A DNA stretch of 64,000 nucleotides from Eledone cirrhosa (taxonomy: Eukaryota), in the NCBI GenBank assembly GCA_964016885.1, contig OZ024743.1, forward strand, positions 168,020,001-168,084,000, written 5' to 3'. The notes beneath the pieces are model-generated. The model saw only the letters and a list, made by a program, of their open reading frames with translations, was not told the origin of the DNA and searched no databases. Positions 10,945 through 28,559 of this stretch are shown here, piece after piece. The position numbers and the translations under genes were made by a program. Numbering within the stretch: the first letter of the stretch is position 1; each line of letters begins with the position of its first letter.

Positions 10945-13900
10945 ATAAATCAAGAAAGAAGAGTGACATGGTTTGATATACAATACGGGCTTTATTCACA
11001 TTGCTGACAATTGTTTCTCTGAACTGGTAGGTCTAGAGATCGCTACCCGCCTGTTTTTGCGTCAATCGATCACCAATACATTGTTATAACCAGCCAATTC
11101 ATCAGAGCATGCGAGAATGAAGGGAATACACAGGCATGGCTTCTATATATAGTAGTGGCATTAAATCAGAACAATAATAACAATACTAACAATACTAACA
11201 ATACTCGAATAAATTAGCTAGACCGTAAATAGTTAAAATAATCACATCAATCTAAGTAAGACATAGAGTATACTGATGACTTTAGCATGTAAAACGAGCT
11301 GATACGAAGCAGATGTATGAAATTGACATGTAAAAGCTGTCATGGGGTGTATTATATATAGTGTAGAGATAACCTGGGGCTTGAAACAATGGACCATTTA
11401 CTTTACTGTAGGTTTGTTGACCGTAAGAATTATTTATTATCTGACAGATAAAATATTTTCATTGTAGTGAGGATGGTAATTTCTATGTGGTGTAAAGCGG
11501 ATTCATTTTTTAAGTGGTCTATATTAGATGAAGTGATTGTTAGTTCGAATCATGGGGTTGTTTAGCTTTCACAGCATCAATAACAAATCATGCATGGATA
11601 AGAAAACAATAACAGCAATATAGTAGGTAAGTTAATACAGAGGTTAAGGAAGGTAATGACTACAATTACGGATATATTGGGGTGTTCATTATAACAGGAG
11701 GAAGGTGATATTTCAAGGACTGTGGTAGTAGTCAAATAATCTACTTGGAATTAAGTTCATCTATTGAGAATCAAGAGTGACGAGGTTGTGTTGACAGCAG
11801 CCGAGAAGAGATATATTTATGGGTTGATAAGAGATTTGCAGACATTACTGTGGTATAGAATTAAGGAGGCTAGAAGCTGCTTAAAGAATATTATAGTACT
11901 GTGGTGGTCTGTGTGAGAGTGCGGATTTCATATGTTGAATGCTAAGTTATGTTGGTTCGAATCACGGTGGCTTAAATCTTGTGAATTTAGTAGCGATCCT
12001 GTGTCTGCAGAAAATTGGCCTTTCTATCTTGTTGTTGAGTAGCCTTTTATCGTTCCTAAGGATATACAGTAATTCAAGGTCGCAGAGTCTACAATAGGAC
12101 ATACCGGTACTATATGCCCTTGCGGTCAACAACCTCGACCAGTTGATATTGTAGCCGATGTTTTTGTCCTTAAGTACCCAGATTTTTTGGGCGAGGGTTG
12201 TAGACCCTATTAGTGCACGGTTCTTCATCGAATGTCTGTGCACATACCATCTTTTTTTAAAAACTCGGGCAACTCCACTTGGCATTACATTGGATCCACC
12301 GTACACATGTACACTAGGCTCGAATCAAGGCACCTGTTCGCCAATGGGGACCTATCTGGTAGGTGACAATTGGAGTTTGAGGTGTTATTCCGTGCAGCTT
12401 CCACACTGCTATAAGTGGATTGTTATTCGTGCCCATTGTAGTTTTGCTGCGGCGCGCTCGTATGCGTTTGCGGTTGTGATACTGTGATGTGTTTATGTTT
12501 AGAATTCGGTGCTATGTTGCGCATAGGTGGGGCGGTTTCCCTAGAAGTATTTCTGTGGTTGATCTTGCGTATGTGGGATTCTATATTTGCAGCCGTAGAG
12601 TATGAGAGTTTTATAGTTTTTCTATTGAGGATTTTAGGATATCTATGTGATATAGGGAAGTGTTTATCTATTAGTTTAAAAAACGTAGAAGGCTGTCTAG
12701 TTTTTACAGAGGAGTTGAAGATTTCTTCCTCTAATTCTTCTATAGTTTCTAGAGTTTACATTATTCGTGTTTGGACCACTTACTCTAGGTGCTACGTGCC
12801 TAACTCTATATCTAGTCCTGTTATCTCTATTTTTGTGTGAGCGGTTGGTGTCAGTATTAGTGGGTTTGTTTCAGTTGTCCTTATCCGTTATAAATTGCAG
12901 CTTTTCTTTGTGTCCGGCCCTATGTAATGCCGCGTTATAAGAGTTAGCATGCTCATTAACAATTTCTAATTTTGAGGATAAGCGGGATATTCTAAGGGAT
13001 ATACCACGTGCTATGGATCTGATTATGGATCGGGGGTGGTTTGAATTATAACTAATTTAGGTCAAATTCTCATTATCTTTGTGGAAGGGTTCTATTAATC
13101 CCGTATTTAGGTTTACAGATACATCTAGAAAGTTTGCCTTTTTATGATTCAGTTCGTAGGTAATACTTAGGCCTAGTTTTTTGAAGAATGTTCTAATGTT
13201 TTTTCTTAATCTTTCTATGCTCTCGTTATTTAAGTTCCTAGCTATAAGGAGCGTGTCATCTCTATAAATCACTCCTTGGGGGTTACTGACTTCTTTATGT
13301 AGGTTGTGAGCTATAAATAACCCCACGACGTCAGTGATTTGCGCTGAATCGTTCGATCCCATTGTGATATCGAAGCTGTTTATCCTATCCTTTCTTACCC
13401 AATAGCTATTTTCAAATTTTATGATAGTCCTTCTAGCAGCTAGTATTATTTCAATTTCATCAGGGGTAAGATCGGAGTTATTTTGGGCAAATATAAGCGC
13501 TTTATCTAGGGTGGCTGGGGATATGGACGCGTAGTAATCGTTTATATCGAATTGCATGAAGTTACATGCATCTCTATTTCCTATTTTACTGAACCATTCA
13601 ATCGCCTCGTTAGTGTTACCCCATAAATTGATTTCTAGTTTTCCCTTTATTTGTGCGATTACCCTATCTAGAATATTCTTGCTAATTTTACCTATATCCG
13701 ACTTAGATGGGCATATGAATCTGATAGTAGGATTTACTTCAAAATTATTTTTGTGACCCTTAAGGTTAAATATGGGGTTACATGGGGTTAGAGGCTCGGT
13801 TCTATCGGATATTCCGAGTTTATTTACTATCCTAAGACTCTCCTTGTTGATGCTGGTGAGTGTGGATTCATTTGTATTTTTTTGTATTTTTTGTGTAGTT

Positions 13901-14479
13901 CACGCTGAATGAAATTATTGTATGTGTTACACCACATAGAAATTACCATCCTCACTACAATGAAAATATTTTATCTGTCAGATAATAAATAATTCTTACG
14001 GTCAACAAACCTACAGTAAAGTAAATGGTCCATTGTTTCAAGCCCCAGATTATCTCTATACTATATAAATACACCCCATGACAGCTTTTACATGTCAATT
14101 TCATACATCTGCTTCGTATCAGCTCGTTTTACATGCTAAAGTCATCAGTATACTCTATGTCTTACTTAGATTGATGTTGTGATTATTTTAACTATTTACG
14201 GTCTAGCTAATTTATTCGAGTATTGTTAGTATTGTTAGTATTGTTATTATTGTTCTGATTTAATGCCACTACTATATATAGAAGCCATGCCTGTGTATTC
14301 CCTTCATTCTCGCATGCTCTGATGCATTGACTGGTTATAACAAAGTATTGGTGATCGATTGACGCAAAAACAGGCGGCTAGCGATCTCTAGACCTACCAG
14401 TTCAGAGAAACAATTGTCAGCAATGTGAATAAAGCCCTTATTGTATATCAAACCATGTCACTCTTCTTTCTTGATTTAT
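10945..14479 (-). mobile_element. 5'-truncated Penelope-like element (Naiad-like) with inverted ~550-bp pLTRs (10945-11495 / 13927-14479)
   Basis: RT motifs FDINDYYASI, ITMGS, IYRDD and FLDV (13057-13557). Endonuclease region FKKRWYVHRHS...CRLCDLE...FCRHR (11962-12306). Terminal inverted repeats are visible directly. Confidence 0.92.
11002..11109 (-). ncRNA. Type I hammerhead ribozyme with long stem II in pLTR (mutated mirror copy at 14315-14422 +, core CTGATGC)
   Basis: Minus strand: TGCT-CTGATGA-attGGCTGGT...ACCAGTTcaga-GAAA-CAATTG-TC-AGCA. Confidence 0.75.
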
Positions 14480-14496
14480 ATATATATATATATATA

Positions 14497-17191
14497 AGCA
14501 AGGAGTTATTTGATTTCTTGGTTATTCAACAAATTTATTTATAACAGATTCGAGATTCGAAGCACTCTACATGGTTCTTCTGGAGTATAATATCAATAAT
14601 ATTAATAAATGGAAACTATCTTTATAAAACCATATTTATTTTATTATATATATTTCAAGGGTACCAACATTTTTGGTACGTACACATCATATAAAATACA
14701 AAAGTTGTTTTATAGATTGTGACATATCCAAAAACAAGAACTTATTGTTTTAAGTTCTGTTTGAATAGTGAAAGAAATTTAAATCTTAGGATGAATATGT
14801 TAATAAGTATAACGTAAAGCTGAAAAAGATCGTTATATTTAGACATCATTAGCATTTCAGTCAATAAAAATATTTTTGATAATAAGGCAGAATATTACAA
14901 TGATGCTTTACATAGAGCTGTCTACATGAATAAAATTAAATACTTAGATAACAATAACATGCAAAATCATCCTAAAATTTACTATAATAATAATAATAAT
15001 TGTTTCTACGTTAGGAACAAGGCCAGCAATTATCCAGTGCATTACTGGTACTTTATTTTATCAACCCTGTAAGGATGTAAGGCAAAGTTAATCTTGGCGG
15101 GATTTGAACTCTGAATAGCAAGGGCCGTAACTCTATACGTCAAAGCATGGCGTCCGACCCTCTACCAATACTGCCAATAATAGTAATAATAAGCAATTTA
15201 ACATAAATAGTAAATCAAACAAAAGTACTAGAAATATTATTTGGTACTCTCCCCTAATCTCATTAGGAGTTAAAACACCTGTAGCAAGCCTATTTTTCAA
15301 AGCATTAGATAAGTGTTTTCCTCAATCCCATAGATACCACTTTATTTTTAACAGACATACTATAAAACTATCTTACTCTACTACTATGAAGATAGCAGAA
15401 AATATTAATAGAATTAATAATAGAAACTTAAATTTAAACGCAACCCAAATAAACCAAAATAACAATATTAATATTATAATAACAGTGTTAATACTAGTAA
15501 TAATCGCACCGTTCCTATAGACAACATCTCTAGAAAATGTAACTGTAGAAACGAATTAAATTGCCCTTTACAGAATAAGTGTCTAAATAAAAACTTAGTA
15601 TATAACTGCACAGTAAAAACTAGAGATAAAAAATATAACTATGTAGGAGCCACTTCTACAAAATTTAAGGAACGCTGGTATAATCACAAACATACATTTA
15701 ATAGATCAGACAAATAATTTTCAACATCACTTTCACATCTAATTTGGTACTTAAAAGACAATAATATCGACTATTCAATCTCTTGGGGAAGGATTTCGAA
15801 AGCGCCCGCATACCGAAATATGGCTCTCTCAAGAATTTGTCATTTGTGTATTGAAGAAATATTTCAATCAAAACGCTATAAATAAAAAGAAAGAATTATT
15901 CAACTCTTGCAAACATCGTCAAAAATACGTTCAGAAGTATCTATAATCTATAGAAAATATTATCTATATCTCACTTGTTTACATTTTATATATCTTCACT
16001 ATGCTTTGATGATATTTTTTTTAATGATTTTTTAAATGATATTTTGAAATATATCTTTTTTGTGATGGTTTTAATGATGTTTCTGAATATATTTTTGATG
16101 TCTGTAATATTTCTGCCTAATATACTATATAGACATTGAAAATCCATGCATATAAATGCTTAATATCATTAACATATGCATAGATTTAAGGAGTGCTATC
16201 TAAATACATTTATAAAATAATTTTTATCTTAGAAATATGTAATATATGATACTATAAAATCATAAATAAAATAATATATAACATTTTTTTACATATCTTA
16301 ATTAGAATTTTTTAAATTTTTTAAAAAGTAAATTCTAGAATAAACGGTAAATATAACAACTATTTTAACTAAGAAATATTGGAGTTATATTTTCATTTAT
16401 AATGTAACACGCTTACACATTTCTTCTAAGTAACAACTAAACTTTACATAAATATTAAAATTTGCTTGTATAATTTCGTTAACTTCGTAAATTTTGTAAA
16501 TGTATTCCTATCTTGATGCAGCTATTGAATGTACAAAATAACCTTCTATAATAAAATAGAACTACTTCCTTTTTCTTAAATATATATTGAAAATGTAAAC
16601 AAGAAATTCATCGTAACTCTCCACATATAAGAAATATTTAAATTATCTATCTATTAATAAAAACAACATATATACTCACCAAAATTATTTATATAAATAT
16701 TTATATAAATAACCTGTTGTATGTAAAATAAAATATATTTACAACCTTAATTCTTCATAAAATATACTTATAAATATTATCTCTATAATATTAAAACTCA
16801 CTATTAGAATAGACCCAATAATTAGTAGTAACTCTCACCTATTAAAATTGATATTCTACCACTTCAACACATTTATAATTCTCATATTATATTATAGATA
16901 CTACCAAAATATATAATCATATAACTAAATAAAAAAATAAAAAAATAATTATAATTATTTCACTCTCTTTACACCATCACTAATACGATCCATACATTTA
17001 TATATTAATAATAATAGTCTATTTCTAACTATAATATACTTTTTTCTTATATTCTTTCCTTAAATTTTCTTACACCCACTTTATCCTCATTAACATATTC
17101 TTCCTAAGATTTGAATTTCTTTCACTATTCAAACAGAACATAAAACGATAAGTTCTTTTTTTTTGGATATGTTGGTATAAAACAACTTTTG

Positions 17192-17200
<9 letters not shown>
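14497..17200 (+). mobile_element. Decayed PLE (Naiad-like): RT C-terminus and GIY-YIG at ~14830-15945, AT-rich 3' UTR, inverted 3'-end copy at ~14690-14810
   Basis: Manual translation gives RKCNCRNELNCPLQNKCLNKNLVYNC...YNYVGATSTKFKERWYNHKHTF...CHLC. Region 14690-14810 is a diverged reverse complement of 17090-17200. Confidence 0.8.
14995..15178 (-). mobile_element. tRNA-derived SINE inserted in (TAA)n
   Basis: Same family as 1415-2570, flanked by TAATAAT. Confidence 0.88.
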
Positions 17201-17242
<42 letters not shown>

Positions 17243-17294
17243 TGAAAGATTGAAGTATAACATGGTCGGCTGTACAATAAAGGGCTTTATTTCA

Positions 17295-17399
17295 AGCATT
17301 AACAATTGTTTCATTGATCAGGTGAGTCTAGAGGCCGCTAATCACTAGAAGTTGTGTCACTCGACCAGTGTTTATCTCTGATCAAATCCTCAGAATACT
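17295..17399 (-). ncRNA. Type I hammerhead ribozyme with long stem II (pLTR related to 10945 family)
   Basis: Minus strand: AGTATT-CTGAGGA-t-TTGATCAG...CTGATCAA-t-GAAA-CAATTG-TT-AATGCT. 6-bp stem I, 8-bp stem II. Confidence 0.8.
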
Positions 17400-17757
17400 A
17401 GAGAACTCACATATGGCAATGGTATATATAGAGATACAGCGTAGAATTAAATAAATATAAAGAAATAAAACATAAGTAAAAGTATATAAGTACAGAATGC
17501 GATAGTTGATAATAGTGGTGGTGTTGAGTAAGTGTTTGTATAAGGATGTGGGGGTGGAGGTAGTACTAACATGAAAAGCAATATTAGATACATACATACG
17601 TGTAGAGAATAAGAGGTAGTAACAAATGAGATAAAAGAAAAAAACAATATATTAAAAATTAAGTGAGAGATACGAGGATGAGACATAAGGGCTAAGGATG
17701 GATGGGGAAGGGCGTTTTGATATGTGTGTGTGGTAAATATTTAGCCTGCTGATTGTC

Positions 17758-18303
17758 TTATCTTAATGGGGTTGATGTGGCTTCAGGGAGAGAGAGTGAA
17801 AGAAAGGTTAGGACATTAATATCGTTGAGTATATTTGCTGTTTTTAGTTGAAAAGTCAGACTAGCAATATTTAATATTTGTAACATTTCTTTTAAAATTT
17901 TGTTACATAAGATAAACTCTGAATTAAATATTTGAGCATAAAGACCGTATGATGTTATACGATGATCAACTTTAATGCTTTTATCAGTTGAGATAATATG
18001 TAAATAGTCTAATATATCATTAAACTCACTGTTAATTGCGTTGATAGTTTCAAAATGACCTGACCACCGTGTTTCAATTAAACGCTTTAATGCTTTCCCT
18101 TTGTAATGTTTTCGAATATCAACCAATTTGAAATGATTGTATAAATTACACACAATATCATAGTGATCATTAATTTTATTTATAGATGTTAAAGAGCGCT
18201 TAACAACTAAAGCCATTTTGTGACAAAAACAGTGAATATATACCACTTTCCGACCAACTTTTTCATTCAATAATTGTTGCAAACCACCACGATAACAAGC
18301 CAT
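17758..18303 (-). pseudogene. hAT-family (ZMYM1/Tip100-like) transposase fragment
   Basis: hAT motifs YIHCFCHKMALVV (CxxH) and LKRLIETRWSGH (TRW). Confidence 0.8.
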
Positions 18304-18427
18304 AACATAAAATACAAGTCAAACCGTATAATATTGTGATATTGTCTTATATAGGCTTATTCTGTGCCATTAATGTTTTATTTTGCCTTTACCTGTTGTG
18401 TTAATTTTTAAAAATAAAATCTTGTTT

Positions 18428-18505
18428 GATGGGGGTGCCAAAACTAAATTTGCTTTTGATAGGGGATGCCGGGCATCCCCTGGCATCCCCTTGGCTACGG
18501 GCCTG
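18428..18505. mobile_element. Probable hAT terminal inverted repeat and subterminal repeats
   Basis: GGCATCCCC occurs twice, then TTGGCTACGGGCCTG (reverse complement CAGGCCCGTAGCCAA, hAT-like terminus), next to the transposase fragment. No partner TIR seen. Confidence 0.55.
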
Positions 18506-18564
18506 ATATGAACATCAGACTTCTAGTACGCCATGTACACTCATTCTATCATTACCACCGAAAG

Positions 18565-18642
18565 GGTCTGACGAGCCGTTGATTACAGAGTCGGGCTAGA
18601 TCGATACAGATCTAGCTGATCGGTGGCGAAACGCGCGTCACC
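18565..18642 (+). ncRNA. Type I hammerhead ribozyme with canonical core
   Basis: GGT-CTGACGA-GCCGTTGATT...GATCGGTGGC-GAAA-CGCGCG-TC-ACC. G-C closes stem II; internal hairpin GCTAGATC/GATCTAGC; GUC site. Confidence 0.85.
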
Positions 18643-19099
18643 AACTATAAACGTAATGAAGGAGTAACCACTTGTCCTTGTTATATTCTAAAATCCAAAG
18701 AGGGCTTGATAAGAATAAATATATATGAAATATATAAGAACCCGAGAGCAAATATTTTTGATAAGAACATATTAATGTTTAAGCAAAGAATCGCTGCTTT
18801 CACCCTTAACGGGATCTTCTGAAACAGCGATTCTTTGCTTAAACTTTAATCTGTTATTTTAATATATATATATATATTGATACAATTATATGTATATATA
18901 TATATGAATTTTACCAATTTTGAACTAGTAAGACGAGTATTCAGTACTCGACACTTGGGGTAGTAGTGTGACCATATTTGAAAGTGTCGTGGCCCAACGG
19001 TTGAGCTCTTTCCGTTTCGACAGCTAATTTCAATTAATTAATCACCAGTCTGGAATTTCTTTTTAATATATCGCCCAACATGTTTGCTCCACCCGACAC

Positions 19100-20830
19100 T
19101 CCACTAACCACCTCCTAATGTTAGACCTCTCTGCGTGTACTCTCCCACCAGCACACCAACTCAAATATACCATCACATGGATATCCTAACACACCTTTGT
19201 ATCTGCACATGAACAATTCAAGCTCCCACTGGTGACCTACCACCGCGGCCCAACTCCTCATACAATTTACACCTTTTACATCTAACACCAATCTGCACTG
19301 CATTCAGCCCACCACATACACACCTGCACATGTATATGCGTGCATGTATGTGTGTGAGCACGCGCACACTGACCGCCATGATCGTGCGCGTTCGACCCCG
19401 TGCACGCACGGCCTGCTAACACTACATGCATGTGCTTGTGCATTGCGCGCGTACCACCCCCTACAGCACTAGAACACATCTGCACAAGGGATACACTAAT
19501 ACGCGACGGCGCGTGAGCACGCACACACATACACACGTACACACACAGACCCCCACCTGTGCGCGCGTTCACCCTGCACACTCACTCATACACACAACCT
19601 GTCTACACTACTAATACACACTAACCTTCCAATATATTGCCAGAACTTCATTGACCAGTACGCGCGTGATAACCCCGTATTCACTCAACCAGCCTACACT
19701 ACAAAAACACACTAGCTCCCGCCACTAATAAGGCCATAACACACATACATTCCACAACTAACATCATTAACATTTCTATATCACACATCCCTCATACCTG
19801 CGCGAGTATATACATGTAAATGTATACGTATATATGTATTTATGTGTGTATATGAGCTAATGCATCTGAGCGTGCACGCGTTACCTACACTCTGACCTCC
19901 ACACGCATGCGTGAGTGACCTCGCTAGCCTACATTACTACTCACTCTACCCTGCCACACACGTCTGTGCGTAACTGTATAACGTCACCACCACCATCGCC
20001 ACCGCTAATGCCACCACCACCACACAACCCCCCTTCGTGTGGCACTGACTTCGTCACACTGATTTTCTCCATCATCCACCACACTCTCCCTCAACCGTCT
20101 TCCCTTACACTCTATCTGACCGCTGAATATAACACCCTCCATATCCTAACTCTTCCAGAGAACTCTGCCACCACCATCCCCTCACAGATACACGCACTAA
20201 CACAATCCCTGAAACTACCCACAATTCCTTTCTCTATTCCATTTTAATACAGCCATGCCCGAATTTGGACTTACCAACCTGGAATCTAACCCACTTAGAA
20301 TCAAAGTTACCTGGATTCTACCCATCTCGGACGCTACTAGAATCGAAAACGCAACCCACTACTTAGATACACACTCACATGCCTGCACGTGCACACACAT
20401 ACACCTATTCATGCAACCACATAATACAGACAAACAACCACACATACTAGTATACATACGCTCACACATATGTACGAGACGGGCGCTTCCGTACACGCAA
20501 CGCACACACGCATGCACCTATACATGCAACAGACAATACACACCAACAACCGCACATCTCTGCCAAACACAAATACTAGCATGCACGCGCGCACACCTAT
20601 GTATGAGTCCTGCACGTGTGTCCGTGCTGGCTCACGCGCATACGCGTATGTACATACCTTCAGACTCACACACATTTCCATCAACAACACACTTAACACT
20701 CACACAAACGGATCGCAATGTGCACTCCACCTTCACACATCCACAGCATGTCTGCCACCCTCACCTCCACACCAACACACTGGACCACACACCCAGCCAC
20801 CTCTATTGCCCTCCTCCCCCTCACCGTTTT
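19100..20830. repeat. CA/GCGC-rich low-complexity tract, probably PLE 3' UTR
   Basis: Degenerate (CA)n/ACGC runs; the ORFs here are compositional (HTHT/VCVC). Confidence 0.55.
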
Positions 20831-21026
20831 TATATATTAAAAAAAATTTCTTTCCAATTTCATTTTATTAACCTTTTATTTATTTTTTCATTTTAAACTT
20901 TATCTCTTTGCACTTATCATTTTGGGCTTTTCCTGATGAAGGCCAAATGCCCAATTTGTTGACTATGTAACTCATTCTTCTTCCTCCATTTTATTGCCTC
21001 TTGTTTGTTCGTTTCTTCTTTTCTTG

Positions 21027-24283
<3,257 letters not shown>

Positions 24284-24643
24284 CATAACTCGTGTGTTAC
24301 GCCTCTATTCTTTTAAATATATATATATATATATATATTTCGGTTCTGAATTTGTTTAGCAAGATTCTTTATCTGAAAACGTGTGTTGAAACCAATATTG
24401 TTATAATTTGGGCGGGTCATGTTGCCAATAAGAAACACATGCACCAGTTGCTTTCACTCCAATTTATTATAAATTAAATGATAAATTTAAAAATTTATAA
24501 ATTTCTGGTTGGTTGGTTCCACAACCGGACGGTTATTCATATATTGTCAAAGTTCTTTCGTCACACATTCTGTGACCTCTTCAGTGAGTGGGGATTATTT
24601 TCTTTGTTTTGTGCCTCTCTCCTTTGTTCTGTCCTACGCCATC

Positions 24644-24779
<136 letters not shown>

Positions 24780-27700
24780 GGTCGCTCTTGAGTGCTATTG
24801 TTAAAATGTAACCCAGTACAACCTTTGACAGGTTCTGGTTGTCGGCGACTAAACCGGCAACCCTACCAAGCTTGCTTGGCGAGGAGAGTGATTTTGGGAC
24901 ATCCCGCAGGACTAAAAACAAAACTCGTTTAAAAGGCTGGAAGAACCTATGAGAGTCAATGGCCTTCCAATACTTGAGGTGTGTTGTTCATTGGGTTTGT
25001 GGCAATCTTCTGCACCAATCCTTTGCTATCAATATTTCCAAAAGGTGTGGCTGGCCCTACTTCAGCCTTCACCACTGTAAACAATTATTTTGTGTGGGTA
25101 GCTCAACAGCTCTACCAGTTCACTAACACAAAGCCCAAAGGTGAGAGTGAAAAGGTGACGGGACAAGTAAAGGGTATTACTGGAAGTCCTTAGCTGGAGC
25201 TCTACACAGTGGCGATCATCAGGTGATGGCCGTTCGTGCACAAAATATGAGTAATTTGTGCTGTTCGTGTCCTCTGGTAGTGACATAGAACTGTTTTCAC
25301 TACAGAGGGAAGGGCAATAAAAGGATTCCTAAACTTTAACTTGGAGGTCAACCGCAAATGTCTGGTTTTCCAAATACGAGGTCAAAACAAAAGAGAGGAA
25401 AATGTTTAACTTTTGGTTCCTGGAATGTTAGAACACTCCAACACAGTGACTCCGACATGGAACGAAGATGAGCCCACATTTGTAATGCACTCAACAGATA
25501 CAGTGTTGATATCTGCGCAGTAAGACCCAACTCCCTGGCATGTCTCAAATAGAAGAAGTGGGAGAGGGCTACTCAGTTTTCTTGTCTGGAAAGAGTGAAG
25601 AAGACCACCGTCAATCGGGTGTTGGTTTTGTCATCAGATCTGACATTGCCAAATTTCTAACATCATTCCCTAAAGGTGTGAGTGACTCTATCACTTGATT
25701 TGGCAAACAACACCGCTGTTATGCTAGTAAGTTGCTATGCCCCAAACTCCCTATTCACTTGAGCAGGAGATTGAAATATTCAACGATCAGCTTCACACAG
25801 TGGTTTCCTCTGTTTCCAACAAGAACACGCTGATCATAATGGGTGATTTCAATGCTAGGACTGGAAATGAATTTCAAACATGGCATAACATCCTTGGATC
25901 TAACGGAGTCGGAGATATGAATTTCAATGGGCTTAGGCTGCTCTTGATCTCAGCATCACCAACAGCTTCTTTCAACAACGTGCAAACCATAAAACAACAT
26001 GGATGCATCCTAGATCCAAGAACTGGCACATGATTGACTATGTCATCACCCGCAGGCGTCACCTAAAAGATTTTAAAATCACTCGTTCTTTTCACTCTTC
26101 TTGTTATCCCTCGAATCATGCACTACTGCACTGTAAGGTTTCATTCAATCTTCCAAGCAAAAGGCGTCTTCTGAGGCCACCTATCCCAGCGAAGATTGGT
26201 GTGAGCAAGCTGCGATCAGTTGGTGGGAGGTTGAAACGTTCTTCCTCAATTTCTAATGAAATTGAGCCTTTCTGGAAAGCGTTCAAAGATGTAACCTATG
26301 CAGCCTCTGTGGAGATCTTAGGATTTTCAATGAGAAAACATCAGGACTGATTTGAAGAAGGCAACACAGATGTTCAGAACCTTATCAACGGAATACATAA
26401 CCTACACGGAATTTGGATTGGAGATAAAAATTAGCAAACAAAAAAGATAACCTACAAAGATTGCAAACAGCAGGTACAATCCTCACTTAGAAAGATGAAG
26501 GATGCTTGGTGGATGGCTAAAGCAGCCGAACTACAAGGAGCTGCTGATAAAAAGGACTCGTGAGCCTTTTATAAAGGTCTAAAGATGGTGTATAGTGCGA
26601 GGGCGGGCAGGTCAAATCCCATGCTTTCCTCTGCTGGAACAATCATATACACTGACAAAGCTGAGATTCTCACTCACTGGAAGGAACACTTTGAGAAGGT
26701 CCTTAATGCAGAATCAAAGGTCGATAAAGATGTAATTCCATCTATTCCACAAAAGACGGAGATCCCTGAATTAGCCTTAAACCCAAACTTGAATGAAATA
26801 AAAGCTGCTATCAAGCAGATATCATCCAAAAAGTCTCCTGGTAAAGATGACATCCCACCTGAAATCTTCAAATATGGTGACAAAACACTAGTCCGTAGGC
26901 TTCTTCAGCTATTTATAGAGATCTGGAGAGCTGAGAGCGTCACCAGGGACTTCAGAGATGCATCGAAAATCCACCTGTTCGAAAACAAAGGACAAAAATC
27001 TATCTGCGACAATTCTCGTGGCATCTCCCTTCTATGTATTGCTGGTAAGATGCTATCGGGTGTCATTCTTAACAGAATTACACCCAGTCTTGTTGACGAT
27101 ATCTACCATGAAAATCAATGTGGCTTCCGTTCTGGTCGGGGTAATATTAATAGGATTTTCTCTCTTCCTCAGGTCGCAGAAGAGGTTCGTGAATGGAACC
27201 AAGAGCTGTTTATGGTTTTTGTTGATCTGACTCAGGCCTATGACACTGTCAATCGCAAAACGCTTTGGAAAATCCTGTAAAAGCTTGGCATACCTGATAA
27301 TATGCTAAATATCATCATATCCTTCCATTAGGGCATGGAAGCATTAGTTATGTCAGATAGTGAATGCTCTGAACCATTTGCTGTTACAAATGGTGCGAAG
27401 CAGAGTTGTGCCAAGGCTCCTATCCTCTTTGATTTGCTATTTTCTGTAATGTCCCAGCATGCATTTGGGGATTTGGACACTGGTGTAAGATTTGAGATCC
27501 GTACATCAGGTGGGCTATACAACCATCAGTGTTTTAAGGCTTAAAACACTCGTACGAACAAGTATCATTCACGATTTACTGTTTACTGATGATGCTGCAT
27601 TTGTGGCAACATCCTTTAAAGAGGCACAAGGATTAATGAACCACTTTTCGCTTGCCTGTAAGGCTTTTGGTCTAACAATCAGTATCAAGAGAACTGAGGT

Positions 27701-28330
27701 GGTACGTCAACCAAAGGCATCGCCCAGGCATGCAGGAGGCGGTAAACAGATGTAGTCAGATCAAAGGCATCCCCTTGTACCCATCACTATTGACGGCAAA
27801 GGTCTGAAATATGTGAGCTCCTTTACTTACCTTGGCAGCAAGGTGAACCATTCTGCATTCCTGGATGATGAGATTGTTAATCGCATCCCTAAGGCAACTG
27901 ATACTTCTGGCAAACTACATCACTGTTTATGGAGCGTCAGATGTATATCCCTGAAAACAAAAATTGAAGTTCATCCTGCAGTGATACTGACATTCTTATA
28001 TGGCTCAGAGTCATGGACATTTTACCGCACTCACATACATAAATTTGATGTCTTCCACAAACACTGCCTTCCCTGAACTGTTCACAAAGTGCAGCATTGC
28101 TGATATAATTTCTGATATAATTCCAGCTCAGATGGGCTGGTCATGTCCTACAGATGTCTAGGACTCCCCATCTAAGGTACTTTTGTACAGTCAGCTCCAG
28201 GATGGTGTGAGCAGGCCACTACACCGATATAAGAATAAATTGCAGTACAATCTTAAGTCAGTCAACGTACCTCTTTCTTCGTTTGAAGCCATGACTGCCA
28301 ACCGCGACGAAGGTATACAGATGCAGGTTT
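24780..28330 (+). mobile_element. Decayed RTE-clade LINE (APE + RT), ORF ~25350-28300 with many stops and frameshifts
   Basis: FGSWNVRTL, IMGDFNARTG, WMHPRSKNWHMIDYV, KSPGKDDIP, RGISLL, QCGFRSGRG, FVDLTQAYD, LFTDD, FTYLGS, LYGSESW. Confidence 0.9.
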
Positions 28331-28559
28331 GTCTGATTAAGCTGTCTGCTAATATGCAAATCAGGCCGATCGGTCACTGTATATTTCAGAAAATATATAT
28401 TTCCACTAGCTCTGACAGTTGGCAGTATACGGTACTGATGAAACATTAGTGTCCGCCAACACAAGAGCAAGAATGTCGGGGTCATTCTACTATATGGCTT
28501 AAAGAGGTTGTTTGCATAATTGCAAACAAATCGAATATTATTATTAATATTCGAAAAAC

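Noticed and set aside
18781-18862. Foldback with minus-strand CAGAAGA-TCCC/GGGT-GAAA (homologue at ~8710-8850) as an HHR
   Set aside because: Core is altered and there is no convincing helix III or stem I. The hairpin is real, but the ribozyme call is unsupported.
20925-20960. CTGATGA before (TA)n as a hammerhead
   Set aside because: No downstream GAAA-helix III-UH; at best a truncated remnant.
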